The notes beneath the pieces are model-generated. The model worked only from the letters and a program-made list of their open reading frames with translations. It did not search any database and was not told the DNA's origin. Position numbers and translations under genes: made by a program. A DNA stretch of 64,000 nucleotides, from positions 6,751 through 70,750 of the forward strand of contig JAZSFD010000050.1 in the NCBI GenBank assembly GCA_045532035.1, read 5' to 3'. The DNA comes from Eubacteriales bacterium (GTDB taxonomy: Bacteria > Bacillota > Clostridia > Oscillospirales > CAG-382). Positions 42,592 to 52,163 of this stretch are shown one piece after another (within the stretch, counting starts at the first letter, position 1; each line of letters opens with the position of its first letter).

Positions 42592-43414
42592 GATAGAAAA
42601 GGGCGCCCTTTATGTGGTCGCCACCCCCATCGGAAACCTTTCGGACATGACCGAACGTGCAAAAAAAGTCCTCTCCGAGGTCGATTTCATCGCCGCCGAG
42701 GACACAAGAGTTTCGGGTCTTCTGCTTTCAAGATTTGATATCAAAAAAAGCATCATAAATTATTTCGAGCACAACAAAAAGACTGCGGGTGAAAAGATAA
42801 TCTCCGAGTTGCTTTTGGGAAAAAGCTGTGCTCTTGTAACAGATGCGGGAACTCCCGCCATCTCCGACCCGGGCACCGAGCTTTGCGAAAGCGCAAGAGC
42901 ACAAGGGATAAAAGTCATCCCCGTCCCCGGAGCCTGCGCCGCCATATGCGCTCTTTGCGCCACAGGCTTTGACAGCAGAAGATTCATCTTCGAAGGCTTT
43001 CTGCCTCAGGACGGAGAAAAGGAAGAGGTGCTGACAAGTCTTGTCAACGAACGGCGCACCGTCATTTTTTACGAAGCGCCCCACAGGCTGAAAAAAACCC
43101 TCTCGGAGCTTTATTCGGCTCTCGGCGACAGAAAGCTATGCCTTTGCCGCGAGCTCACAAAGATAAACGAGGAGTTTATCATAACAACTCTTGCCGATGC
43201 CATAAAGGTATATGAAGAAAAAGAACCCCGGGGCGAATATGTTCTTGTGCTCGGCGGAAAGAGTGAAACAGAAGAAGTCTTCTGGGAAAAGCTTTCGGTT
43301 AAAGAGCACGTGGACTTTTATATCGACAAGGGGCTTTCGAAGATGGACGCCATAAAAGCGTGCGCAAAGGACCGCGGTGTCGCCAAAAACAGCATTTACA
43401 AGGAAATGCTTTGA
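42581..43414 (+). CDS. rsmI: 16S rRNA (cytidine1402-2'-O)-methyltransferase
   Basis: 277 aa. Reads LYVVATPIGNLSDMTERA...IAAEDTR...SDAGTP-like TDAGTPAISDPG. Confidence 0.95.
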   Translation: MANEIEKGALYVVATPIGNLSDMTERAKKVLSEVDFIAAEDTRVSGLLLSRFDIKKSIINYFEHNKKTAGEKIISELLLGKSCALVTDAGTPAISDPGTELCESARAQGIKVIPVPGACAAICALCATGFDSRRFIFEGFLPQDGEKEEVLTSLVNERRTVIFYEAPHRLKKTLSELYSALGDRKLCLCRELTKINEEFIITTLADAIKVYEEKEPRGEYVLVLGGKSETEEVFWEKLSVKEHVDFYIDKGLSKMDAIKACAKDRGVAKNSIYKEML

Positions 43415-43415
43415 T

Positions 43416-44342
43416 ATGATATATCCAAATAACAAACGCTACAACACTCTCGACGGTTATCTGAAGCAAAAATTCAGCTGCAAGGTGGCAAAGGTCAGCC
43501 TCAACGCAGGCTTTTCCTGCCCCAACCGCGACGGAACAAAAGGCTATGGCGGATGCATATATTGCTCGCCCATGGCAAGCGGAGATTTTGCAGGAAACTG
43601 CAAAAAGTCGATTCGCGAACAGTTTGATGAGATCTCGGCGCAGATGTCAAAAAAATGGAAGGACGCAAAGTTCATGCCCTATTTTCAAGCAGGCACAAAC
43701 ACCTACGCTCCCCTTTCAAGGCTTAAAGAGGTATATGAGCAAGCCCTTGCCATTGAAGACATTGTGGGCATAAGTATCGCCACACGCCCCGACTGCATCT
43801 CAAACGAAACACTTTCGTATCTTGAAGAAATCTCCAAAAGAACATATCTTTCGGTGGAGCTTGGACTTCAGAGCATTTTTGACAAAACGGGAGAGATAAT
43901 CCGACGCGGCACGACTTTCGCGGAGTTTTGCGACTGCTTTTCAAGGCTTAAAGAACGCAAAATCAATGTCTGTGTCCACCTGATCAACGGACTTCCGGGA
44001 GAAGACCGGAACATGATGCTTGAAAGCGTGCGCACAGTGTCCGAAATGCATCCCCATTCCATAAAGCTTCATATGCTTCATATTCTTGAAAACACCGATT
44101 GCGCCGATATGTACCGCAAGGGTGAGATAAAAGTTTTCGAAAAGGACGAATATGTGGAGCTTGTCTGCGATGAGCTTGAGATCATCCATCCCGAAATCGT
44201 CATCCAGCGCATCACGGGAGACGGCGCCCGAGACAGCCTGATCGCACCCCTTTGGAGCATCAAAAAATTTGATGTGATAAACGGTGTTGACAAAGAACTT
44301 TTAAGACGAAATTCATATCAGGGAATCGGAATATCAGAATAA
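43416..44342 (+). CDS. TIGR01212 family radical SAM protein (YtqA-like)
   Basis: From MIYPNNKRYNTL. Reads KVSLNAGFSCPNRDGTKGYGGCIYCS. The start was chosen just after the rsmI stop. Confidence 0.9.
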   Translation: MIYPNNKRYNTLDGYLKQKFSCKVAKVSLNAGFSCPNRDGTKGYGGCIYCSPMASGDFAGNCKKSIREQFDEISAQMSKKWKDAKFMPYFQAGTNTYAPLSRLKEVYEQALAIEDIVGISIATRPDCISNETLSYLEEISKRTYLSVELGLQSIFDKTGEIIRRGTTFAEFCDCFSRLKERKINVCVHLINGLPGEDRNMMLESVRTVSEMHPHSIKLHMLHILENTDCADMYRKGEIKVFEKDEYVELVCDELEIIHPEIVIQRITGDGARDSLIAPLWSIKKFDVINGVDKELLRRNSYQGIGISE

Positions 44343-44356
44343 AAGGAGAAAGAAAA

Positions 44357-45880
44357 ATGGTACTTTCAAAAAAAGCTTATTATGACAAAGTCCGCGGCTG
44401 CTGGCTCGGAAAAAACATCGGCGGAACACTTGGCGCACCCTTTGAGGCATATCGTCAGGCGTTTGATGTGGAGTTTTACACTCACAACTACGAAAAGGAC
44501 GGCGTGCTTGCCAACGACGACCTTGATCTTCAACTTTCCTGGCTGAATGCGGCAGAGCGCTTCGGTCCTGCCGTCAATTCAAAGATACTTGCCGAATATT
44601 GGATCTCGACCATCATCCCCAACTGGGCAGAATACGGCGTTTCAAAATCAAATATGCGCATGGGGCTCACACCTCCTGTTTCGGGCGGCTTCCAGAACGC
44701 CTTCAAGGATTCCAACGGCGCATGGATCAGAAGCGAGCTTTGGGCTTGCCTTGCTCCCGGACATCCCGAGATCGCCGTGAAATACGCTTATGAGGACGCA
44801 TCGGTCGACCACGCAGATGAGGGCGTTTATGCAGAAGTCTTCACCGCAGCCATCGAGAGTGCTGCCTTTGTGGAATCGGGACTTTATGAGCTTGTGGAGA
44901 TCGGACTTTCCTATATTCCCAAGGATTGTGGCGTCGCAAAGGCGGTAAAGATCGCCCTTGATTGCTACAAGAGCGGCCTTTCCTGGAAAGAGGCAAGGAT
45001 CAAACTTCTGACAGAAGTGCCCGACTCATTCGGTGCCCAGCGTCCCGACTCCCCCAATCCCGACAATCTTCCCACGGCTCCCTGGGGCTATGATGCACCG
45101 TCAAATGTCGGTCTTGTCATTATCGGTTGGCTTTACGGCGAAGGTGATTTCGGCAAGAGCATCTGCATCGCCGCAGGCTGTGCCGAAGACGGCGACTGCA
45201 CAACGGCAACACTTGGCGCAGTTCTCGGTATCATCAACGGCGAAAAGAACCTCCCCGAAAAGTGGATCAAGCCTATCGGAGACGAGATCAAGACAGTCTG
45301 CCTCAACCTCAAGACAGGCTTCATCAAGGTTCCAAAGACTGTCACAGAGCTCACAAACAGAACCTGTGCTCTCATGCCTGCTTTTCTTCACAAATATTAT
45401 GATTTCATGACAGGCGGCATCACCGTCAAAGAAGGCAAGGAGCTTTTCGACAGCCCCACCGAAGAGTGGATGATAACACCTTACAACTTCAGCGATCATT
45501 ATAATGAGTGCCTTTGCACCTTCACGGCAGACCATCCCCTTTTCAATGTCAAGGTTTCTCTCCCCGAGGGAATCGAAGCAAGACCGGGCGATGTGAAGAC
45601 CGTGAAGATCCACGCAGAGAACATGACCACTTATATGGGCGTCCAGCAGTGGCTTCAGTTAAGATGGCTTTTGCCCGAGGGCGAAGGCTGGAGTGTTTCG
45701 ACAGGAAACCGTTCGGCGCTCTTCCTCAACACCTATCATTGCGGCACCGGACACGCGCAAACAGAGCTGACTCTGACAGTAGGTGAAATGCGCGAGCCCA
45801 GAACCACCGTTGTTCTCGAGATCGCACCCCACGACAGACCCACAAAGGTATATGTGCCCATCGAAATCGTTTGCATTTAA
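44357..45880 (+). CDS. ADP-ribosylglycohydrolase family protein with a roughly 170-aa C-terminal extension
   Basis: 507 aa. YDKVRGCWLGKNIGGTLGAPFE and DDLDLQL match the ARH/DraG-type N-terminal signature. The C-terminal part is unassigned. Confidence 0.8.
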   Translation: MVLSKKAYYDKVRGCWLGKNIGGTLGAPFEAYRQAFDVEFYTHNYEKDGVLANDDLDLQLSWLNAAERFGPAVNSKILAEYWISTIIPNWAEYGVSKSNMRMGLTPPVSGGFQNAFKDSNGAWIRSELWACLAPGHPEIAVKYAYEDASVDHADEGVYAEVFTAAIESAAFVESGLYELVEIGLSYIPKDCGVAKAVKIALDCYKSGLSWKEARIKLLTEVPDSFGAQRPDSPNPDNLPTAPWGYDAPSNVGLVIIGWLYGEGDFGKSICIAAGCAEDGDCTTATLGAVLGIINGEKNLPEKWIKPIGDEIKTVCLNLKTGFIKVPKTVTELTNRTCALMPAFLHKYYDFMTGGITVKEGKELFDSPTEEWMITPYNFSDHYNECLCTFTADHPLFNVKVSLPEGIEARPGDVKTVKIHAENMTTYMGVQQWLQLRWLLPEGEGWSVSTGNRSALFLNTYHCGTGHAQTELTLTVGEMREPRTTVVLEIAPHDRPTKVYVPIEIVCI

Positions 45881-45890
45881 TTAAAACAAA

Positions 45891-45930
45891 AAGAGGCTGT
45901 AAAAAACTTGGTTTTTTACAGCCTCTTTCT
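45891..45930. terminator. Bidirectional terminator between convergent genes
   Basis: A 16-17-bp stem aagaggctgtaaaaaac/ttttttacagcctctt has a 4-nt loop. Confidence 0.8.
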
Positions 45931-45932
45931 AT

Positions 45933-46832
45933 TTAACCCATAAGCTCGTCGGTGAGCTTTCTCACCTTGTCCATGTGCTCATCCCAATGATCCTTGTACT
46001 CCAAAAAAACCTTCGCAATATGCTTATGATAATCGGTGGGAGCGCGGTCTTTTGCAAGATATTCTCTGACTATCCTTTCGTTTTCCGCGTCATCAAGATC
46101 ATATTTTCCGATGACATTGATCTTTGCCGAAAGGATGTCGCGCAATATCATTGATTCTTTGATAAGCTCTGAAAATTCCTCTGGTAACGGCTTTTGCTCG
46201 CCGATATCAAGCCCCTGAAATTCGAGGAAGCATTTTGCAATATAATACTGACCGCGGTCATTCGGGTGAACATGGTCATCGTTATAAAACGCCTCGGTCT
46301 GAAGCTTTTTTGTAAGATAGCTGTGATAATCGCAAAGAGGATAGGAGCGCTCTTTTGCCAGCTGTCTGCAAAAATCCGCATAGGCTGCCACAAGGGCATA
46401 TCCTCCCTTGAGAGCAGGACTCGGACTTTCCTGATATTCGGCATAAGGCGCAGGTGTGCAAAGTATTATCTTCGCACCCGCCTTTTCAAGGGCATCGCAA
46501 AGGGCGGGAAGATCCTTCTTATACCTTTCATATGCACCTTCAAGATGCATATAGCGTTCTTCTGTCTTTTCCTGATTCAGAAGCCATCTTGCCGAGTCAT
46601 TGACGCCAAGCATCACGACCGCATGGGTGGGATTATGAACAAGAGTGTCCTTTTCAAGAAAGGAGAGCTGGTAAGCTGCTCTGCCTCCCGCCACACCGCA
46701 GTTATATATGCGGATCTTTGACTCTCTGAAATTGTCTCGATAAAATGCAGCGATTCTTCCTTCATAATTGAAGGTTGCCGTTATGCTGTCGCCCACAAAA
46801 CAAACGCGGGCACCGTCGGGAAATCTTTCCAT
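45933..46832 (-). CDS. SGNH/GDSL family hydrolase (esterase)
   Basis: 299 aa. Has block I FVGDSIT, block III GVNDS, and block V DHVHPN. Confidence 0.85.
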   Translation of the reverse strand: MERFPDGARVCFVGDSITATFNYEGRIAAFYRDNFRESKIRIYNCGVAGGRAAYQLSFLEKDTLVHNPTHAVVMLGVNDSARWLLNQEKTEERYMHLEGAYERYKKDLPALCDALEKAGAKIILCTPAPYAEYQESPSPALKGGYALVAAYADFCRQLAKERSYPLCDYHSYLTKKLQTEAFYNDDHVHPNDRGQYYIAKCFLEFQGLDIGEQKPLPEEFSELIKESMILRDILSAKINVIGKYDLDDAENERIVREYLAKDRAPTDYHKHIAKVFLEYKDHWDEHMDKVRKLTDELMG

Positions 46833-46849
46833 GATTTTTCCTCCGTAAA

Positions 46850-48281
46850 TTAAAGTGTTCTGCCTGCAAGCTCTTTTTCAAGAAAGCCTGCCTTTTCATA
46901 TTCACCCTCAGCGGGAACACATCGTCTCACATTATACGAACAATAAAGGGTGTATTCCTGATCGGTCAGAGGCTGCATGTTGCCCCACATTCTGTCCGAA
47001 ATAAAGGGTATCAGCCACTGCATCTCCGAAAGGGTGTGCCAGGTGGTGCCCAGAACGCCGAAAAGGTTGTTGTTTTTTGTTGTATCCACTGCTGCCGACA
47101 CATTTTTTCTCGAATTCCACGGACAGGTCACCACATCAAATCCGTCCTTTTCAAGGTCGCGGGAGGTGGCAAATTCCTCGAAAAGATTATACTGCCAGTC
47201 GGCCATGATTATCTCGCGGGGAAGAGAAGGTCTTATCTTATATTCCTCTTTTCCGTAGATCTCATAGGAGCTGTCAAAATCCGCCTTGTTGAAGAGCATA
47301 TCCGCCCACATTATCGGTCGTCTGCCGTATTTTTTGAGATCCTCGGTGATATTTACAAGATGCTCGAGCATAAGCTCATTTCTGCCTCTTTTTGAGCATT
47401 TGTCACAGCTTCCGAAGGTATATGCCTCGTCACAGCCGATATGGAAATATTTTCCTTGTCCGCAAAGCTCGATAAGCTCCTTTCGGCACTGCGCCAGAAG
47501 TGTCAATGTTTCGGGATTGGAGGTGCACCACGACCAGCCATCCTCCTATACGGTGCAAGAGAAAGGTCGTTGTCGAGTGCTGAATGCTTGCCCGAACAGA
47601 TACGCGCCTGCGATGCATGACCGAGATGGTTGAGCATCGGGATCACTTCAAGTCCCAGAGAATTTGCAAGATCAATGATGGGTTTTATCTGTTCTTTGGT
47701 GTAGGCTTCTTTCCACGAAAGGGAGGGGCAGCATTCATAGCGGTACATTCCCCAGAATTCAAGCACCACATGGGAGCATTTCATGATACCGCAAAGCGAA
47801 ATTGCCTTTTTGAGAAAATCAAGGCTTGTCTGATGAAAAACGCAAAGGTGGATTGCCCGGAAAGCCATGTCGGGCGTATCCTTTATGGTATAGCAAGGCA
47901 CGCGAAAGCTCACACTCTCCCCTGTCCGCTCAATACGGATAAGCTGAAGAAACTGACAAAAGAGTGAGCAAAGCCGAGACGATCCGAAAAAACAAGCTTT
48001 ATGCTTTCGGTGCCGCAATGCAATTCATAATCGTTTTCAGTCGAAATCGAAAGTATGCCGTCATACGGCTTTTCGGAAATAACAGCCGAGCCCGAAAGCT
48101 TTTCGGATATGACAAATTCGGCCTTTGTCCTGCCTGCCGTGTAACCCGACACAAGCTCACAAAAACAGTCGGCAGAAGTCTTGTCAAGTATTCCTTGCGG
48201 AAGAGTGACAAAAAGCTTTTCACCAAAAACAAAATCACCCTTCGCTCTTTCATGAAATTTTGGCATTGGAAGCATGAACAT
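46850..48281 (-). pseudogene. GH20 (hexosaminidase-D-like) glycoside hydrolase gene disrupted by two frameshifts
   Basis: Three consecutive minus-strand ORFs in three different frames (47910-48377, 47503-48018, 46850-47506) read as one colinear protein: N-terminal domain, then CYTIKDTPDMAFRAIHL...LEVIPMLNHLGHA, then FHIGCDEAYTFGSCDKC. The span from 48281 to 46850 is 1432 nt, which is 2 nt short of 478 codons. Confidence 0.7.
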
Positions 48282-48446
48282 AACAAATCCTCCATAAGTA
48301 AAAACGGCGGCAGAGAAATGCACTCCTGCCGCCGCAAATTCACAAATAACATTTTTCGCCACCTGCGGCAGCAACAAAATTATATCATTGTCAAAAGCTT
48401 TTCACAATAAGAAAACGAATCTTTTTCAATTTTTCATAACCAAATA

Positions 48447-49913
48447 TCAGAATTGTGCCTCAGGGTCGACGGTTTCTCCCTTTGCAAGCTTTTCGGCATC
48501 CGAAATAAGCTTTTCGATATCAGAGATATCCACATAGAATTCGCCTTTTCCGTTTACCGTATAATAACATTCACGCTCGGAGGTGTGATAGAATTTATAT
48601 TCATATATCTTTCCGCCGACAGTTTCGATGGTAAAGGTGAATTTCGGGTTTTCCTCCTGTGCCTTTGAGGCATAGCCCTTCATTTCAAGCATGAGAAGAT
48701 CGCGGTAATAGTTTCTGAAATTCTGAGTTTCGATCGCCTCTCCGCTTGTTTCATCGGTAACGGTAAGAGCCTCGTTTTTGCCCGAAAGGATGTAGCTTTC
48801 GGAAAAATCCTTGCCCGACAGTGTGACACGGGAAATGTAATTGATGTTCATTCCGAAGAGATAGGGATTTATAAAGTCCACAAGCTCATAGTCGAGGAAA
48901 GGAAAATGCTCGGAGATAACGGCAAGACCGATAAATCCGTAGTCAGACATGACATAGATCATTCCGTCGCCTGTGCGGTTGCCGAAATAAAGCTTGTTTG
49001 TCTTGCCGTCAAGGGTATATTCCACCTCATACGACGGCTTTGCAAAGCCATACTTTTCGATATTTTCAGCGGTAAGCTCTGTGGTAACAACACTGTCCGC
49101 CATAGGACATATAAGGCTTCTGAGCGCCTTGTCGTAGTTTGAGTCGGAGGGAATGTATTCGCCGGGATAGACCATCTGATAGTATCCATAGGCGTTTCCG
49201 CTCTCACGCTCCTCCTCAGGGACAAAGCGTATCTCGACAAAAGGCATCATATCCTTATACAGCTTGAAGCTTTCGGTGTAATGATATTTCGCGCTGTCCA
49301 AAGGATCCTGAAGCTGGGTTGAAAGAAGCGAGTTTTTGTCGGTGAAAAGCTTTGACACCGAGTTGTTCACATAGAATATTCTGTCCTCGTCCGCAAGCTT
49401 GCAGTAATATCCCGCCCCCGAAAGAAGCGCAGAGCCTATATACAGGATGTCCTGCTTTCCGTTTTTGTCTGTGAGCATCACCGTATATTCGGCGGTGTCG
49501 GGAGAAACGCAATATTCCTCCTGCGAGATGGGATCGGCTATTTCTTCTTTTATTTCAAGGGCGAAGACTGCCGGAACGATCTTGCCGAAATCGGTGTCAT
49601 AAAGCATATGCTCATAGCCGTCAAGCAAAAATCCGTCAATGGTGCTGTTGTAGGTGATACCGTACTTGAGCTCCTTTCCCTTGTATACCGCAAGCTTCGA
49701 AATATCCTTTTCTTCCTTAAGCTCGGAGAAAACAAGCTTGGGCTTTGCATTTTCGTCGATGGCAGGAGTTGTTATGTCCCCGTTTCCGTGGGGAGCGGGA
49801 GGGTTTCCGTCATCCTTTTTTTCTCCGCCGTTTGCAACAAGCAGCACAATGGCAAGCACAAGAATAACGGCAAAGCCCACGGCAAGCACCGTCAGATTTT
49901 TCTTATTTATCAT
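48447..49913 (-). CDS. Membrane-anchored protein, probably DUF4340-type accessory of the GldG/ABC system
   Basis: 488 aa with an N-terminal TM helix. It has a 4-nt overlap with the GldG-like gene. The family call rests mainly on position in the operon. Confidence 0.55.
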   Translation of the reverse strand: MINKKNLTVLAVGFAVILVLAIVLLVANGGEKKDDGNPPAPHGNGDITTPAIDENAKPKLVFSELKEEKDISKLAVYKGKELKYGITYNSTIDGFLLDGYEHMLYDTDFGKIVPAVFALEIKEEIADPISQEEYCVSPDTAEYTVMLTDKNGKQDILYIGSALLSGAGYYCKLADEDRIFYVNNSVSKLFTDKNSLLSTQLQDPLDSAKYHYTESFKLYKDMMPFVEIRFVPEEERESGNAYGYYQMVYPGEYIPSDSNYDKALRSLICPMADSVVTTELTAENIEKYGFAKPSYEVEYTLDGKTNKLYFGNRTGDGMIYVMSDYGFIGLAVISEHFPFLDYELVDFINPYLFGMNINYISRVTLSGKDFSESYILSGKNEALTVTDETSGEAIETQNFRNYYRDLLMLEMKGYASKAQEENPKFTFTIETVGGKIYEYKFYHTSERECYYTVNGKGEFYVDISDIEKLISDAEKLAKGETVDPEAQF

Positions 49914-51433
49914 AATCTCTTTCTCCTCACATAAACGAACACGCCTGCCGCCGCCACAAGTCCTGCAGGAAGGAAGGTCAGAATGAGAGTGATCTTTTTG
50001 GCATCGTTTTCTTTCATGGTTTCAAGCTTTGTGTCCACAAAAAGCTTGGGCTCGATGTCGGTGGTCACGCTTTGGGTTCCGACCAGCGAAAGAATGTTGC
50101 GCACAAGAGCACTGTTGCTGTTGGTCTCGTCAAGATCCGAATGAATAAAGGCAGTGGAGCCCGAAACGATGACATGGGCAAACTTTGTTTCCTGAACGCC
50201 CGTCTTGGGGTTTACGGGATATGCCTCAAGGGTAGAGACCATCATGAGAGGAACATTCTTTGCCGAAACCGACTCTTTTCCCTTGTAAATTACCGCCTTG
50301 TCAGAGGTGGTAAGAACCGGAGACACGACCTTTCCCGTCGATTTTCCGGAGGCTTCAAGGGGAATGCACGAACCCATGACCACGGTATATGCATCAAGAT
50401 TCTTTACGATGTGCTGAGCGATATAGTCATCTCCGCTGTCGGAGGTATAGTATACCGGCTTGATCTTGTCCGGGTCTGAGGCAGAGGAGTTTTCCCTGTC
50501 CTCCACTGCGCTTGCAGTCTGATAGGTGATGCCCCATGTAGTCGAAAGATAATCGCGCAGAGCAGGCAATTCCTTCGTTTCGTGGTCAATGCTGACAAGA
50601 AGATTGCTGTAATTGTTTTTCAGATAGCTATCAAGCTTTTTTATCTCATTCACATTGCCCTTCAGCTCCGATTCATAGCCGTGGAAATCAAGGGCAGGGG
50701 CATTTATGATGATAAGTCTTGTGTTTTCGGGAATATCCTGCTTTGAAAGATCAACAACCTCGATCTGTCCGTCAAGATATCCTGCCCCCGCAAGCACTTC
50801 TTTGAGCTTTGTGGGATTGGTATTCTCGCGGTGTCCCGCAAGAAACACGACCTTGTCGTTCGAGGCGTTGAGCGCCATGAGTATAGATTCGGTGAAACGC
50901 CTTTCGCCGTCAAAGCCCACATAGCTGTAGCCTGTGCTGTCAGACACAAAAAATGCTCCGTATTTGAGAAGTCTTGCTCTTTCGGAATCGACAGCGCGGA
51001 TGATAACATCGGTTTCGGTGGGATTTTCACCTCCCGCAAGACTTGCAAGATTCTTTGCTTCCTTGAGATCGCGCTTCAGATTCAGAAATCTTACAGAAAT
51101 ATTCGGGAAGGTGGTCTCATATTTTTCGGCAAGAGTAACGATCATGCCCATGACCTCATTGCCGACGAGAATGTCGCGGTCGGCACAGAAAACGATCTCT
51201 ATCCTTTCGGTAATGCCCGAAAGCTTTTCGACCGTTATGTCGCCTATATCATATCTCTGCTCGCCGGTGGTGTCAATGTAAAGTCCGTTTCTTGCATCAA
51301 AAACCGTAACAAGGGCATTGAGCAAAAGCACGATGACAACAAACATCACAGTAAAAGCAAGGGCAACGGAGCCGAACTTGAACTTTTTGCTTTTGAGAAG
51401 TCTTCTTAAGCTTTTTTGAAAATTGTTTGCCAT
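49910..51433 (-). CDS. GldG-like ABC-type uncharacterized transport system auxiliary protein
   Basis: From MANNFQKSLRRL, with GGGAGG upstream. It has N- and C-terminal TM helices and a large extracytoplasmic domain. It lies downstream of the ABC-2 permease. Confidence 0.75.
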   Translation of the reverse strand: MANNFQKSLRRLLKSKKFKFGSVALAFTVMFVVIVLLLNALVTVFDARNGLYIDTTGEQRYDIGDITVEKLSGITERIEIVFCADRDILVGNEVMGMIVTLAEKYETTFPNISVRFLNLKRDLKEAKNLASLAGGENPTETDVIIRAVDSERARLLKYGAFFVSDSTGYSYVGFDGERRFTESILMALNASNDKVVFLAGHRENTNPTKLKEVLAGAGYLDGQIEVVDLSKQDIPENTRLIIINAPALDFHGYESELKGNVNEIKKLDSYLKNNYSNLLVSIDHETKELPALRDYLSTTWGITYQTASAVEDRENSSASDPDKIKPVYYTSDSGDDYIAQHIVKNLDAYTVVMGSCIPLEASGKSTGKVVSPVLTTSDKAVIYKGKESVSAKNVPLMMVSTLEAYPVNPKTGVQETKFAHVIVSGSTAFIHSDLDETNSNSALVRNILSLVGTQSVTTDIEPKLFVDTKLETMKENDAKKITLILTFLPAGLVAAAGVFVYVRRKRL

Positions 51434-51449
51434 TTTTCGCACCTCCCTC

Positions 51450-52163
51450 TCAGTTCCAGCGGCGCATCTCATAAACGCGCGCAGTCAGGAAAAGGAAAAT
51501 TATAACAAGGCTGACAAAATAGATTATTGCGGGAAGCGAAAAAATTCCGCGGGTGAAAAGAGCATATCTGTCCACCACCGAAAACCACTTGAGAACACTG
51601 CGTATAAGCGCATTTCCGATAAGGGAGATAACAAAATTCACCACCATCATGAGAAGTATAACGCCAAAGGTGGCAACGGCAGACACAATCTGATTTTCGG
51701 TGATCGCCGACATGAATACTCCGACTGCAATAAACGCCGCACCAAGGAAAAGAATGCCGATGAAATTACCGAAAAACTGCGAAAAAACGGGGGATTTTCC
51801 CGAAACCGACGAAAGCACCGAATAGTTGATAAGGCAGGATGCCGTCATGGTCGATGCATATACGGTGAATGCCGCAAGAAACTTTGCGATAACGATGCCG
51901 AAAAGACTTACGGGGGCTGTGAGCAGTATCTGCTCGGTCTTTGTTTTTCTTTCCTCAGAGAAGAGCTTCATGGTAAGCAGCGGAATAAGCACCGTGAACA
52001 TAAAGATCATGAGGGTAAAATAGGTCGCAACATCGGCTGTTTCCATCCATGCGGTGGTCAGCGAGAAAAGTCCGCCCGACACCGCAAGGAAAACAGCAAT
52101 GAAGGTATATCCGACGGGAGAAATGAAATATGCTCGCATTTCGCGTTTGAATATCGGGAACAT
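51450..52163 (-). CDS. ABC-2 type transporter permease
   Basis: 237 aa with six predicted TM helices. Reads MFPIFKREMRAYFISPVGY, typical of GldF-like permeases. Confidence 0.85.
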   Translation of the reverse strand: MFPIFKREMRAYFISPVGYTFIAVFLAVSGGLFSLTTAWMETADVATYFTLMIFMFTVLIPLLTMKLFSEERKTKTEQILLTAPVSLFGIVIAKFLAAFTVYASTMTASCLINYSVLSSVSGKSPVFSQFFGNFIGILFLGAAFIAVGVFMSAITENQIVSAVATFGVILLMMVVNFVISLIGNALIRSVLKWFSVVDRYALFTRGIFSLPAIIYFVSLVIIFLFLTARVYEMRRWN

